Below, in pieces: positions 27,453 to 37,510 of a DNA stretch of 64,000 nucleotides. The notes beneath the pieces are model-generated. The model did no database searches, was not told where the DNA came from, and saw only the letters and a list, made by a program, of their open reading frames with translations. Source of the stretch: a virus. Each line of letters opens with the position of its first letter. The stretch's first letter is position 1. The position numbers and the translations under genes were made by a program. The stretch covers positions 96,799 to 160,798 of the IMG/VR virus record IMGVR_UViG_3300011115_000874; one strand, given 5' to 3'.

Positions 27453-27484
27453 ATAATATAGTAATAAAGATTTTTTAAGCCAAG
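27453..27484 (-). promoter_or_regulatory. -33/-7 type promoter at the start of the replication block
   Basis: CTTGGC...TATATTAT, 20-nt spacer. Confidence 0.72.
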
Positions 27485-27735
27485 TTATTATAAATAGAAA
27501 ATGCAGTTGTATGATCTTGAAGCATTAATGATATAAAGTAATCTAATTTAGAATCATCTAAATAAAAATCTCTAATCATTTGATCAAATTCATCAATTCT
27601 ATTTTCTATAGATACTATTTTTTGAGATAAATCAGATGGGTTATTAAATAAAGTAAAACGTACTTTAGCATCCATAGTATCAAGTAATTCTAAGATATAA
27701 TTTGTACTTAGTTGTGTAAATCTATTTTGTATCAT
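27475..27735 (-). CDS. hypothetical protein, possible fibre chaperone
   Basis: Small ORF directly after a fibre gene. Confidence 0.5.
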   Translation of the reverse strand: MIQNRFTQLSTNYILELLDTMDAKVRFTLFNNPSDLSQKIVSIENRIDEFDQMIRDFYLDDSKLDYFISLMLQDHTTAFSIYNNLA

Positions 27736-27744
27736 ATTTTATAC

Positions 27745-29598
27745 TTATGTGTTAAATATTCCAAAACTATATTGATTAACTGTAGGTCCATTAGCTATAC
27801 TAGTACTTATTTGAAGTGAAATTTCATCTCCTAATATAACTGATGCACTGTTAATTATATTAGAATATAAACCTGCTGCTTGCCCTCCAGAAATATTTAT
27901 TTTAACATTAGTAGCTACACCATTAACTCTAATAGTGAATGTAGTAAAACTAGTAGCAACAGCGGCACCATTAGTTCTTATATAAATATTTTTTAATGTA
28001 CCAGCCTGTGGTGTTACTATTTGACGTTGTGTTTCATTAGCAGATACTAATGTAGTTCCAAAAGGTAAATAAGTAACTATGGGATTGGTAAAACCAGAAC
28101 CCGCCGCATAGTTACCAAATATAATCAAAGCAGCATTTGGGGCTGTTGATGCAGTGGCTACAGACATAGAACTAGTTTGACTGTTTAAAACAAAACTTGA
28201 AGTTTGTGAGTTTGTCACAAATGAACTAGTTTGGGATGTTAAAACATATGGTTGTAACATAGAACCAGTTTGGCTATTTAAAACAAAACTAGATGTTTGA
28301 TCGTTAGTAACAAAAGATGAAGTTTGAGCGTTAGTAATAAAGCTACTTGTTTGACTATTTAGGACAAATGAAGAAGTTTGAGCGTTAGTGACAAAACTGC
28401 TTGTTTGAGCATTTGTTACAAATGAACTTGTAGCACTATTTAAAACATAATTTGGAGCTAAAGACGTAGTAGCAGCATAACTACTACTAACAGCATTTAA
28501 AGCATTTGTAGCCCAACTTGATGTTCCAAAAACAGAACCTGTTAATGGACCTAAAAATACTCCACCAGTTATAGCTGATTGTATGCTCAAGCTTCTTGCG
28601 GCAGGGTTTATAGTTATATTAGTAGCTGTAAATAAAGTTTCTACTGTTGGGGTTGCATTATTGGTGTCAACAAATGTTAAAAAATAATTAGCATTAGTAC
28701 TATCAGTTTGTGTGAGTATTCTAGATGCTGTTAAAGCATTTGTAGCCCAACTTGCAGTACCAAATAATGAACCTGTAAATGAACCACTAAATGAACCTGT
28801 GTTTGATAAAAATTGATCTACACGATTTGCTGTTACTATTAAAGAAGGAATACCTGGCACTACTCCAAATGCTGGTTCAGCGTGTAAACGTACATTTGCA
28901 TCTGGTGAGTACCACATTAGTTGGAAGTAATCACCTGCAGCCGCATTTACAAAGAAATTCCATGCTGCAACGTAATGTGCTCCATTTCCTTGGAGTTGTA
29001 CTGATGTTGCAGTATCTGTTAAATTTGTTCCATTTTTTCTAATCCATATCCATATCTCATCAGTTCCACTATCTGTTTTATCTACTTGAGCAGAAAACTG
29101 TATATCATACACACCAGCATTTGCTACTTTAATATATGTGTTAAAAGGATTTGTTGACCCAGAAATAGATACACCATTTGTAATGTCTGTTGTATTAAGA
29201 GACATTGAACGAGCAGTACTAGCAACATTAGTTTGAATTGTTGTGTCATAAAAAGATCCATAAGATCCTGTTGCTGTATTAAATCCTCCTCCACCTGCTG
29301 TTGAACTAATTGTAACTTGTCCAACTCCGGTAGTTGGCGATAGGGATATGTTTGGTCCTGCTAATAATTGAGTTACACCACCGTTAGCTGCGTATGAAGC
29401 TGTCCCTAATAATGAACCTGTAAACCCAAGAGTAGAAGTTGTTGAACCAGTTACTATTAATGATCCTGTTATTCTAGCAGAACCGGTATATGGAAATGCT
29501 GCTCCACCACCTCCATTCAAAGCAAAGGAAGCTGTAGTAGCATAAGATGCACTTTCTGCATTTATTAGATACCCATTTATTTCACTTATATTAGCCAT
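27745..29598 (-). CDS. tail fibre / virion fibre protein with 9-aa repeats
   Basis: TGSLxGTAS(Y/W)A repeats, C1q/BclA-like beta domain, TSSFVxNxQ array. Confidence 0.7.
   Translation of the reverse strand: MANISEINGYLINAESASYATTASFALNGGGGAAFPYTGSARITGSLIVTGSTTSTLGFTGSLLGTASYAANGGVTQLLAGPNISLSPTTGVGQVTISSTAGGGGFNTATGSYGSFYDTTIQTNVASTARSMSLNTTDITNGVSISGSTNPFNTYIKVANAGVYDIQFSAQVDKTDSGTDEIWIWIRKNGTNLTDTATSVQLQGNGAHYVAAWNFFVNAAAGDYFQLMWYSPDANVRLHAEPAFGVVPGIPSLIVTANRVDQFLSNTGSFSGSFTGSLFGTASWATNALTASRILTQTDSTNANYFLTFVDTNNATPTVETLFTATNITINPAARSLSIQSAITGGVFLGPLTGSVFGTSSWATNALNAVSSSYAATTSLAPNYVLNSATSSFVTNAQTSSFVTNAQTSSFVLNSQTSSFITNAQTSSFVTNDQTSSFVLNSQTGSMLQPYVLTSQTSSFVTNSQTSSFVLNSQTSSMSVATASTAPNAALIIFGNYAAGSGFTNPIVTYLPFGTTLVSANETQRQIVTPQAGTLKNIYIRTNGAAVATSFTTFTIRVNGVATNVKINISGGQAAGLYSNIINSASVILGDEISLQISTSIANGPTVNQYSFGIFNT
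28165..28431 (-). repeat. coding tandem repeat, 27-nt units (TSSFV[TL]N[ASD]Q), 8 units plus variants
   Basis: Visible in the translation; codons differ synonymously between units. Confidence 0.92.
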
Positions 29599-29601
29599 AT
29601 A

Positions 29602-30573
29602 TTATATTTTTATCCAAGTATTGTCAGGTCTAAATTTCATAATCCATTGGTGAGTATCTCCAGCATTATTATAATAAGCATGTCCTAAAAGTCTTACATA
29701 ATTAGTTGTAGGAGCAATAGTTGACATAGATGCTAGACTTCCACTTTCTATATAAATAGGTAAACCATGGTCTACACCAGGAACATATGGTCCTACTCCA
29801 GTATCAACATCATTTACAGTAACATGACCTTCTAATAATACAGATCCATTTCCTGGTTTACCCACAATGACACATATTCCTAACATTTTAGTACTAGTTG
29901 ATGTTGTTTGGTTTACTTGGTACCATTTACCATCAGTAGATTCTAAGTATACTAAATCTGATACTTTAACAGTAGTATATAAATTAGCCTCAATTATATC
30001 TCCAGCAAAACTAGAAGAGTCAGATGAAAATCCTTCTTGTACACCAGATTTTGGTTTTGCACTAGCATGATAAAAATCAGAATAAGTATATACTTCATTA
30101 TCAAATCCAAAAGCAAAATTACTACCGGGTGAATATAAATATCTACCTTCCCAATCTATAGAGCTATTACCAGAAGTATCAAGTAAATTTCTATTTTCCC
30201 AATCTATAGAAACATTAGTAGAAGAGTCAATCGCATATCTACTTAACCAATCTACACTAGTAATAGCAGTACTATCAATTAAAGTTCGATTAGTAGTATC
30301 AATTTTATTAGTTACTGATAAATCACCATTTATAGTTACAAGAGCTGAAGCTGAGGCGTATTTAAAATTAGAATCACCTCCAAAAGAACCTAATTGATTA
30401 AATTGAATATTAGTATTAGCACCACCTGGTGTTCCCCCACCACCTCCCCCAGGAGCATAAGAAGCAGATATAGCATAACTAGCAGTGCCAGTTAAGTCAC
30501 CATAAAAGTTACCATAAAAATTACCGTAATAATTTCCAGTACCACTAACATCTATAGGAAAATATTCTGCCAT
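29602..30573 (-). CDS. fibre / structural protein
   Basis: Poly-Gly linker, PGGANTNIQFN..G.FGG module, SIDWxxRxLxD repeats, capsid-fibre-like C-terminal domain. Confidence 0.65.
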   Translation of the reverse strand: MAEYFPIDVSGTGNYYGNFYGNFYGDLTGTASYAISASYAPGGGGGGTPGGANTNIQFNQLGSFGGDSNFKYASASALVTINGDLSVTNKIDTTNRTLIDSTAITSVDWLSRYAIDSSTNVSIDWENRNLLDTSGNSSIDWEGRYLYSPGSNFAFGFDNEVYTYSDFYHASAKPKSGVQEGFSSDSSSFAGDIIEANLYTTVKVSDLVYLESTDGKWYQVNQTTSTSTKMLGICVIVGKPGNGSVLLEGHVTVNDVDTGVGPYVPGVDHGLPIYIESGSLASMSTIAPTTNYVRLLGHAYYNNAGDTHQWIMKFRPDNTWIKI

Positions 30574-31092
30574 TTATTTATAGTATTTAAAATAGTCTTC
30601 TTTTAAGTAAGATTGAAGACCATAAACATTACTTTTTTGTTCTGCTACTAAAACCATATTTCTATTTGTAGTATAAGTAGCATCTTTATCACCTACAAGT
30701 TGCCATTGAATTTGGAATTTAATATATAATGTAGTATTAACATTATTATATTGATCTTTAGTTAGTTCATCAAATAAAAATTCATTTCGTTTTTTAATAA
30801 AATAACGAGTAAATACTCCTACTTCATAATCTTTAGGAGTAGGATATAATGGAGGAACGTTTGTAGTAATTGAAGGTTTAGTGGAAGGAGGTGGAGGAGA
30901 AAATATAGTAGGAATAATTTCAATATTGTCACCATCACTAGGAAATTTACCAGTATATGTTTTACCATTATATAATTTATAGTAATATCCTGAATAAGAA
31001 GGACCATTGTTGTTGTAATTTTCAATAGTCTTATATTCGTCTCCATTAGTTTGGAGATTTTGTTGGATTTTATTTTTAGGATAGTAAGCCAT
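30574..31092 (-). CDS. hypothetical baseplate-region protein
   Basis: 172 aa ORF in the baseplate operon. Confidence 0.55.
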   Translation of the reverse strand: MAYYPKNKIQQNLQTNGDEYKTIENYNNNGPSYSGYYYKLYNGKTYTGKFPSDGDNIEIIPTIFSPPPPSTKPSITTNVPPLYPTPKDYEVGVFTRYFIKKRNEFLFDELTKDQYNNVNTTLYIKFQIQWQLVGDKDATYTTNRNMVLVAEQKSNVYGLQSYLKEDYFKYYK

Positions 31093-31098
31093 TTGCTT

Positions 31099-34000
31099 TT
31101 AAAATGAATTATATCTTTTCATAGCTGTGTTATATATAGCTAATTTTTCATTAAATTTAGTTGTACCTTTAGTATAACTAGCTTTATCGGAAGGAGACCA
31201 CCATTTTTGTATATATGCTTCAGTCCATTTATCTCCATCTGTCCCATCAAATCCTTTAGCTTCAACTCTGCTTATCATGAATTTTAAGAATCCGTCATCA
31301 TCTGGGAAAACAGCGAATTCTCTATTATTACCTCCATTATCTATTTTTCTATATCGGGCAGTAATACCTCCTGCTCCCCATCTTCCACTATCAGTTTGTA
31401 CTCCAGCATAGTTGTATCCACCTGCTGAGCTAAAAGCGTCACCTGATTTTCTTGCTTCTGCTGTCATCACAGCAAATACTGCTCTAGCTATGCTATCATT
31501 AGTAAGTGCTTTTAATCTTTTTACTGTATCTGCGTATGATAAAAGAGTTGGTGGTGGTGGATCAACAATTGAAAGTTCAGGGTAACTTGTTTCTTGGTTA
31601 CTAGATCCAGGAGATTTAGGAACTGTTACAGATGTAATATTTTTAGCAGTTGGTGGGTTAAATATTTTAGCAGTATCATATTTTGGACCACATATGCTAT
31701 TTAAAGTAGTTGTCCATTCACCATCAGATACCTTATGTGAGACCCCAGAACATATAAATTGAATTTTGTCTTGGTATGCTTTAGGAAGTAATGTAGTGTC
31801 TATAGTGTATGTTTCGTATATTTTAACACCACTTAATCCCAACATTGTTAATTCTAAGTCAAATGGAATAAAACCAATACCTGGTATTTTACCTTGATTA
31901 GTAAACTCACCAATTTCCATTTTAAATAAATCAGTTATACCACCTCTTAAACTACTAACATCATTATCTGTTAATGTAAATGAATGTACTTTATTATTAA
32001 AGTTTTGAAGATTAGTGACATTCTGTAAGAATTTAGCTTCTACACTACTTCCTGAATCTATAGTAGCATTTGGGTTTACTCTATCAGTAATTATTCTATC
32101 TGTTAAACCAATATTCCATCTACTTAAAGCTGTAGCATTTTCACCAACAACATTACCATTAGATTGGGCTCCAATTGTGGTCATTGTAGCAAAATTATTA
32201 GATAATTTAGTTTTAAAGTTTACACTTTTAACAAAACTACCTTTAGTATTTTTTAATATATTAGCATTAAATTGGACTATACCTGATTCTTCTCCATTAT
32301 TTTCATATAAGCCAGGAATAAATGTGTCATCAATTATTTTAAATTTATTTTTGTCCTCATCATATATTGTAATAAAATTATTAACATTACCTAAAGCATT
32401 TTGCACTCCAGTCATTAAGTTATCTAAAAACTTATATAATGATATTTTAGATTCTTTTATATCAATATTCTTATCTAATGTTGAAGCTATATACTCCATA
32501 TTAATATAAGTATGCATTAAATTACCTACATATGGTTTATTTGGATCTTTAAACCCAGTATCTTTAATTTGAGTATAAAGTTCTGATCCTGGTTGTACAA
32601 GTGCAGATGGATTGTATGCTAGGGCAAAATTTGGATTTCTATATTCTCTAACTACTATAGATTTTTTATATATCTGTTGTTCAAAATATGATTCTGCTTT
32701 AGCTATTTCAGCTATTAACTCAGGATCATTATTTGCTAAAGTAACAAACTCAAATCCAAAACTACCACCTTTTCCTGAGTCAACAAATGAGGTTGAAGAT
32801 CCATTAGATGTTACAACAGTGAATGGTCCATATTTTCGATGATATCTTTGAACAGTAGCAACTGGTTGGGGGTTTAAATCTACACTTACAATATATTTAG
32901 TATTTAATTGAGGTGTTGTTGGGGCAGCTAATAACCCAAATGAAGATCTAGCACTTTTAATAGTATTATATCCTTCTTTTAGTTGAGCGTTATCGCTTTG
33001 TGCTTTTGTAAAAGCAGTTTCTAATTCAGTAACTAAGGTATTATTATTAAAAATAACAGGTAATGATTGAGGAATATCACCAATTTGTGGATTTAATGCT
33101 ACTGGTTCATCTCTCCAACCAAATTCATTGTTATATAATGCTTGTCCAACTAATTTTAAATATGAATCCTCTAAGTCACTACCTCTACTTCCTCGGTTAC
33201 TAGCATCATTAGATTGAGGTGGGTCTTGTGTTAGATAAGTGTAAGTAGTCTCTATATAATATGGCCCTGAAATAGTTCCATTATTTATCTCATTTAAATC
33301 TATAGGTATTAAACATACTTTAGGATCTATTGAACAATGTCTTGGAAATGTAAAGCAATAGTTATTATTATAGTTATAATCTATTTCAAATAAAGGTGGA
33401 TTACCTAATAATTCTTTTTCTTCACCTACAACATCTGTTTGAGTTGAATTTGATTTAGAAGTATCATAATATAATAAAAATGACTCTATTATTCTTAATA
33501 AAGTACCAAGTTTCATATAATACTGTCTACTACCCCAAGTTCCTCCTGAAAGTGTCCAAGGGAATTCAAACATTAATATTTCTCTCCACGTTAAGTGGTC
33601 TGTAGCGTTAGTAACAGCTGCTTGTGAATCTCTATTAACAACAGCTTTAAGATTAGCTATTGCTTCTATATTATAATTATGCATTGGATAATATGATCCA
33701 TCACCTACACCTACTGGGCCTACTCCATGAGCGTATTCTTTCCCGGGAGAAAATTGACCAGCAGGGTAAACTTGACTAGTTATTAGTGTTAAAATTCTAT
33801 TTATTGTAGATTTATAATAATTAGTTTGAATTGAAGATGGAGGTGGTTTTGCTTCTTCATTAAGTTTATTAGGATCAGGAGGAGCTACAGTTGGAGTACC
33901 TTGAGGTACTGGAAGAGTAGTATTAATTTTTAAGGATTCAATAACATCACCTGATGATCGGGCTGTTACTGTTATGTCATATCCTCCATCTGGTCTTAAA

Positions 34001-34665
34001 GTCCATGAAAAGTTGGTAACTAGACCAAAAAATGCATCGTAATTACCATCAGATTCTTTTTTAGTTTTTTGAACTGCTTTTAATATATCAGTTTGAGATG
34101 CACCTTTTAAAAATAACTCAGATAAATCATGTCTTGATTGAACTAATTCTCCATCATTATTAAAATACACACTATGACCCCATTCTAACAATACACTATA
34201 TTTTAGTCTCATATATAAGACTTCTAATATCTGGAATTGTTGAATATTATGACATTTAATTTCAATATTAGCTTCACGTAATGAACCTCGGTTCATTGCT
34301 TTAACATCCATAGATACAATACCTGGGGGTGGGACAAATCCATAATCTGTGTTTGAAGCAAATCCGTATGATGATTGATCATTATAACCAATTCCACTAG
34401 TAAATCCATTTGATGTTCTAGCTGAAAATAATTTGAATTGTTTTGCTAATTCACTTCCAGCATATTTATCTTGTCCTGCTAATCCAAGATTAGTCAATGC
34501 TTCTCCATTTACGTTAACACCAGATGTTAATCTAATGAAAGCAGTATTTGTATTCTTAAATTTTAGAGTATCTGTGTCTTGTAAACCAAGACTTAATTTT
34601 TCTTGTCTTTTGGCTATTTGTTTTTTAACATACGGCTCAAAACTTCTCCCTATAATATTTGCCAT
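31099..34665 (-). CDS. baseplate hub-like protein with C-terminal lysozyme-fold (glucosaminidase-like) domain
   Basis: Position after tape measure and wedge genes; C-terminal AVMTAE...YNYAGVQ...FAVF pattern. Confidence 0.6.
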   Translation of the reverse strand: MANIIGRSFEPYVKKQIAKRQEKLSLGLQDTDTLKFKNTNTAFIRLTSGVNVNGEALTNLGLAGQDKYAGSELAKQFKLFSARTSNGFTSGIGYNDQSSYGFASNTDYGFVPPPGIVSMDVKAMNRGSLREANIEIKCHNIQQFQILEVLYMRLKYSVLLEWGHSVYFNNDGELVQSRHDLSELFLKGASQTDILKAVQKTKKESDGNYDAFFGLVTNFSWTLRPDGGYDITVTARSSGDVIESLKINTTLPVPQGTPTVAPPDPNKLNEEAKPPPSSIQTNYYKSTINRILTLITSQVYPAGQFSPGKEYAHGVGPVGVGDGSYYPMHNYNIEAIANLKAVVNRDSQAAVTNATDHLTWREILMFEFPWTLSGGTWGSRQYYMKLGTLLRIIESFLLYYDTSKSNSTQTDVVGEEKELLGNPPLFEIDYNYNNNYCFTFPRHCSIDPKVCLIPIDLNEINNGTISGPYYIETTYTYLTQDPPQSNDASNRGSRGSDLEDSYLKLVGQALYNNEFGWRDEPVALNPQIGDIPQSLPVIFNNNTLVTELETAFTKAQSDNAQLKEGYNTIKSARSSFGLLAAPTTPQLNTKYIVSVDLNPQPVATVQRYHRKYGPFTVVTSNGSSTSFVDSGKGGSFGFEFVTLANNDPELIAEIAKAESYFEQQIYKKSIVVREYRNPNFALAYNPSALVQPGSELYTQIKDTGFKDPNKPYVGNLMHTYINMEYIASTLDKNIDIKESKISLYKFLDNLMTGVQNALGNVNNFITIYDEDKNKFKIIDDTFIPGLYENNGEESGIVQFNANILKNTKGSFVKSVNFKTKLSNNFATMTTIGAQSNGNVVGENATALSRWNIGLTDRIITDRVNPNATIDSGSSVEAKFLQNVTNLQNFNNKVHSFTLTDNDVSSLRGGITDLFKMEIGEFTNQGKIPGIGFIPFDLELTMLGLSGVKIYETYTIDTTLLPKAYQDKIQFICSGVSHKVSDGEWTTTLNSICGPKYDTAKIFNPPTAKNITSVTVPKSPGSSNQETSYPELSIVDPPPPTLLSYADTVKRLKALTNDSIARAVFAVMTAEARKSGDAFSSAGGYNYAGVQTDSGRWGAGGITARYRKIDNGGNNREFAVFPDDDGFLKFMISRVEAKGFDGTDGDKWTEAYIQKWWSPSDKASYTKGTTKFNEKLAIYNTAMKRYNSF

Positions 34666-34666
34666 A

Positions 34667-34969
34667 TCATGAGTTTAATTCGTTATAACTTGTTAATATT
34701 GGATTTACATCAATTGGTATTCTAAGTTGAGTACCTTCAGGTATAAATATTGAATTTTGTGGTAAAAGACTATTTGCTATTGAAATAATCCACCATAATG
34801 ACGAATCACCATAATATTGGTTAGCTAATAAATCATATCTATCACCTATAGTTGTTATAACATATATATCAGTATTAGACAAAGGAACAGTTGGGTATTT
34901 AGAATCTCTATAATACCTAACTTTCATTGTTGGATCTTTTTCTATTCTTATATATTGATAACGATTCAT
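34667..34969 (-). CDS. LysM-like baseplate protein (tail X / gp53-like)
   Basis: GDRYDLLANQYYGDSSLWWIISIAN...GTQLRIP. Confidence 0.85.
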   Translation of the reverse strand: MNRYQYIRIEKDPTMKVRYYRDSKYPTVPLSNTDIYVITTIGDRYDLLANQYYGDSSLWWIISIANSLLPQNSIFIPEGTQLRIPIDVNPILTSYNELNS

Positions 34970-34980
34970 AGTATTATATT

Positions 34981-37191
34981 TTATACTCTAGGTCCAGCTG
35001 TTGCGTTTGGATTTAATAAAAAATTACCTTCTATACCAGTTGGTATAGCATCTACTGGTAATTGAGGTCCTTCTTCTCCTGTATTTTCAGTCATATTTGA
35101 AAATTGGCTTGCAAAGTTAGGAAGAGTTGACCTTCCACTTTGTGCAGTTGAAGAGATGTCTAATTGTATTGGAGGTGCTGATGAGACTTCTAGAATTCCT
35201 TTTTCTTGTACTATAGTACTAGTGTTTTCAAAACTAGTGTAAGTTGGGGATTTATAAGGATTAGAAGCTATAAATGAGTTAGTATATTCACCTGCTTCTT
35301 TTGATTGGAAATCTTCAGGTTTTTGTCCTTCTTTATATTGACTAGCTATATCAGGTCTATCTACAATAGCATGTGTTCTGTTTCCAATAAATGCCTCTCC
35401 TCTTTGTGGTGTGTAGAATACTTGAGATGATACTTCATTTGTTAATGGTATTAAATTACATGTAACTTTAATACCTTTAGGAAGTTGACCTACATATAAT
35501 GAATCTTGTCCATTTAAAAATTTCCTTCCATCTATATCTCTATCAATATCAAATCCCATTTCCATAATAGGAGTATAAGCTAAAGATTTAACTACTACTA
35601 ATGATCTTCTTAGGTAATCACCCATTGTAAAATAACATAAATTACCTCTCATCAAACCAGCATCTGAGTAATCAGGCATTGTTGTCCATGATAATGCATT
35701 TAGTTTTTGGTAACTAGATATAACATCAGCTCTTGATAGATTAGGTACAACAAATGTTAATGAAAATTCTCGACTAAATCCTTTATACTTATAAAAATTT
35801 TCTGCTCTACCATTATATCTGTAAGCGTCCCATTCCCCAGTAAAAGAATCATTAAAGTCTTCAACATATGCTCTAAAATCAATTAATGTATTTGTACCTC
35901 CATTATTATTAACTAAAGTAAAATTAAAATCTATAATATCTTCTCCTTTAATACCTATTTCTCCTTGATCAGGAGATATTGCTAAGTTAGGGTTAAGAAT
36001 TCGAGTTGTACCATTTCTAGAATTACTTTTAAAATATGTTTTGCTAGTATTATAACCATGTCCATATAAACTATTTTCTCTATTAAACCCAGCATAATCT
36101 GTACTAGGAATATCAGGAATAGATTCTCTAAAATCTAAAACAGTTCCTTTAGAATTAACAGTTATTTTACTAATATTTTTAATTTGATTATATGTTAAAT
36201 AACCTGGAGTAGCTGATGTGAATGTGTTTGATGTATTAACATTTCTATTCATTATATCACTAGCAGCTTCAGCTTCCCCAAATAATTCTGTTGAGGATAC
36301 TGATCGGTCTACAAGTACTTTATATAATAATGATACTCCTGTTCCATTTTTAAATAATCCATTTAGGTTATACACATCACTAATAACTTCCTTTGGATTA
36401 TAATTCCATAATGTACTAACACTTAAAGGTGTTAACGGTACACGAGAAGAATAATCTGGAATTGATCGTTTTATAGGTATTTTTACATTGGGAGTTGAAT
36501 TCCAAAGTTTTATGTTTGTTTTGCCAATACCTAAAATTGATCCTGGGCCTCCACCATATGAAAATAATATTTGGGAATTAGGAGTAGTATTTAAACCATA
36601 CTCACTAATTGATAAAATATCATCAAACTTTCCTTGTTTATTAGTATTAAATAACCCAGTTAATCTATTTATATTAATTTCGTCATTTAGTTTAGTTACT
36701 CTAAAATAACCATCGTTTCCACCACTAAAATATCCTCTTTTAAATACATTAAAACCTTGTTTGTTTAAATGGTAACCAATTGATAATACTCCGGCTTGAG
36801 CTATTGTACCTAAAGGATTATATATTCTAGTAAAACCATTTACTACTTTAACGTTTTGTCTTTCTAATAACTCTTGTTTAGCAATAAATAAAACACCATT
36901 AACAGAAGCTCCTGGGCCAAATGGGTTAAAGAATTTAGTTAATCTTTTTACATCATTAATTGAACTAACAGGATTTAAGTACCCATTACGTAATAAAAAA
37001 TCTGGTGATGAAGGTGCTTCTCCATCAGGTATAGGAGTTGTAATATATGGTTGGTTACTTGAACCACCACCTTTCCTATCATGTCCATATCTTAAAGATT
37101 TAGCAGAAAAATTACCTAAACCCCCTTGTTGTCCTTTAGAGTTATAATAGTAAAAGTCAGGTAAATTTGTTACTAAATTGATTAACCCCAT
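34981..37191 (-). CDS. baseplate / tail tube initiator-like protein
   Basis: FRAYVEDFNDSF..W...Y.GRAENFYKY.GFSR tube-like domain; position after the tape measure. Confidence 0.6.
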   Translation of the reverse strand: MGLINLVTNLPDFYYYNSKGQQGGLGNFSAKSLRYGHDRKGGGSSNQPYITTPIPDGEAPSSPDFLLRNGYLNPVSSINDVKRLTKFFNPFGPGASVNGVLFIAKQELLERQNVKVVNGFTRIYNPLGTIAQAGVLSIGYHLNKQGFNVFKRGYFSGGNDGYFRVTKLNDEININRLTGLFNTNKQGKFDDILSISEYGLNTTPNSQILFSYGGGPGSILGIGKTNIKLWNSTPNVKIPIKRSIPDYSSRVPLTPLSVSTLWNYNPKEVISDVYNLNGLFKNGTGVSLLYKVLVDRSVSSTELFGEAEAASDIMNRNVNTSNTFTSATPGYLTYNQIKNISKITVNSKGTVLDFRESIPDIPSTDYAGFNRENSLYGHGYNTSKTYFKSNSRNGTTRILNPNLAISPDQGEIGIKGEDIIDFNFTLVNNNGGTNTLIDFRAYVEDFNDSFTGEWDAYRYNGRAENFYKYKGFSREFSLTFVVPNLSRADVISSYQKLNALSWTTMPDYSDAGLMRGNLCYFTMGDYLRRSLVVVKSLAYTPIMEMGFDIDRDIDGRKFLNGQDSLYVGQLPKGIKVTCNLIPLTNEVSSQVFYTPQRGEAFIGNRTHAIVDRPDIASQYKEGQKPEDFQSKEAGEYTNSFIASNPYKSPTYTSFENTSTIVQEKGILEVSSAPPIQLDISSTAQSGRSTLPNFASQFSNMTENTGEEGPQLPVDAIPTGIEGNFLLNPNATAGPRV

Positions 37192-37472
37192 TATCCAGGT
37201 AGATTATTCAAATAAGGTAATGGTTGTCCACTTGGTGATACTGATGGAGGTACTCCTCCTAAATCTAATAATGATGGTGTAGGTAAAAAGTTACCTGTTC
37301 CATCTAAGTATTGTTGATAATCTCCGTTAACAGTGTTAAGGTTATCACCAGTTATTGAATAACTGTCATGCATTTGAGAAGCATTTGTAGCTAAAGGGTT
37401 TATAGATGGTGTGTTACCATTATAAACGGTAAGGTTTGATCCTGGCCCTTGAAGTAAGTCTAATAGTCCCAT
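37191..37472 (-). CDS. hypothetical structural protein
   Basis: 93 aa ORF with late motif at 37497-37504. Confidence 0.6.
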   Translation of the reverse strand: MGLLDLLQGPGSNLTVYNGNTPSINPLATNASQMHDSYSITGDNLNTVNGDYQQYLDGTGNFLPTPSLLDLGGVPPSVSPSGQPLPYLNNLPG

Positions 37473-37510
37473 ATTGTTTGTTTTTTAATGTTTATTATAA
37501 ATATTTAATA

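Noticed and set aside
28165-28431. Possible CRISPR array or DGR repeat
   Set aside because: In-frame coding repeat with synonymous variation, no unique spacers, no adenine-specific pattern and no reverse transcriptase in the window.
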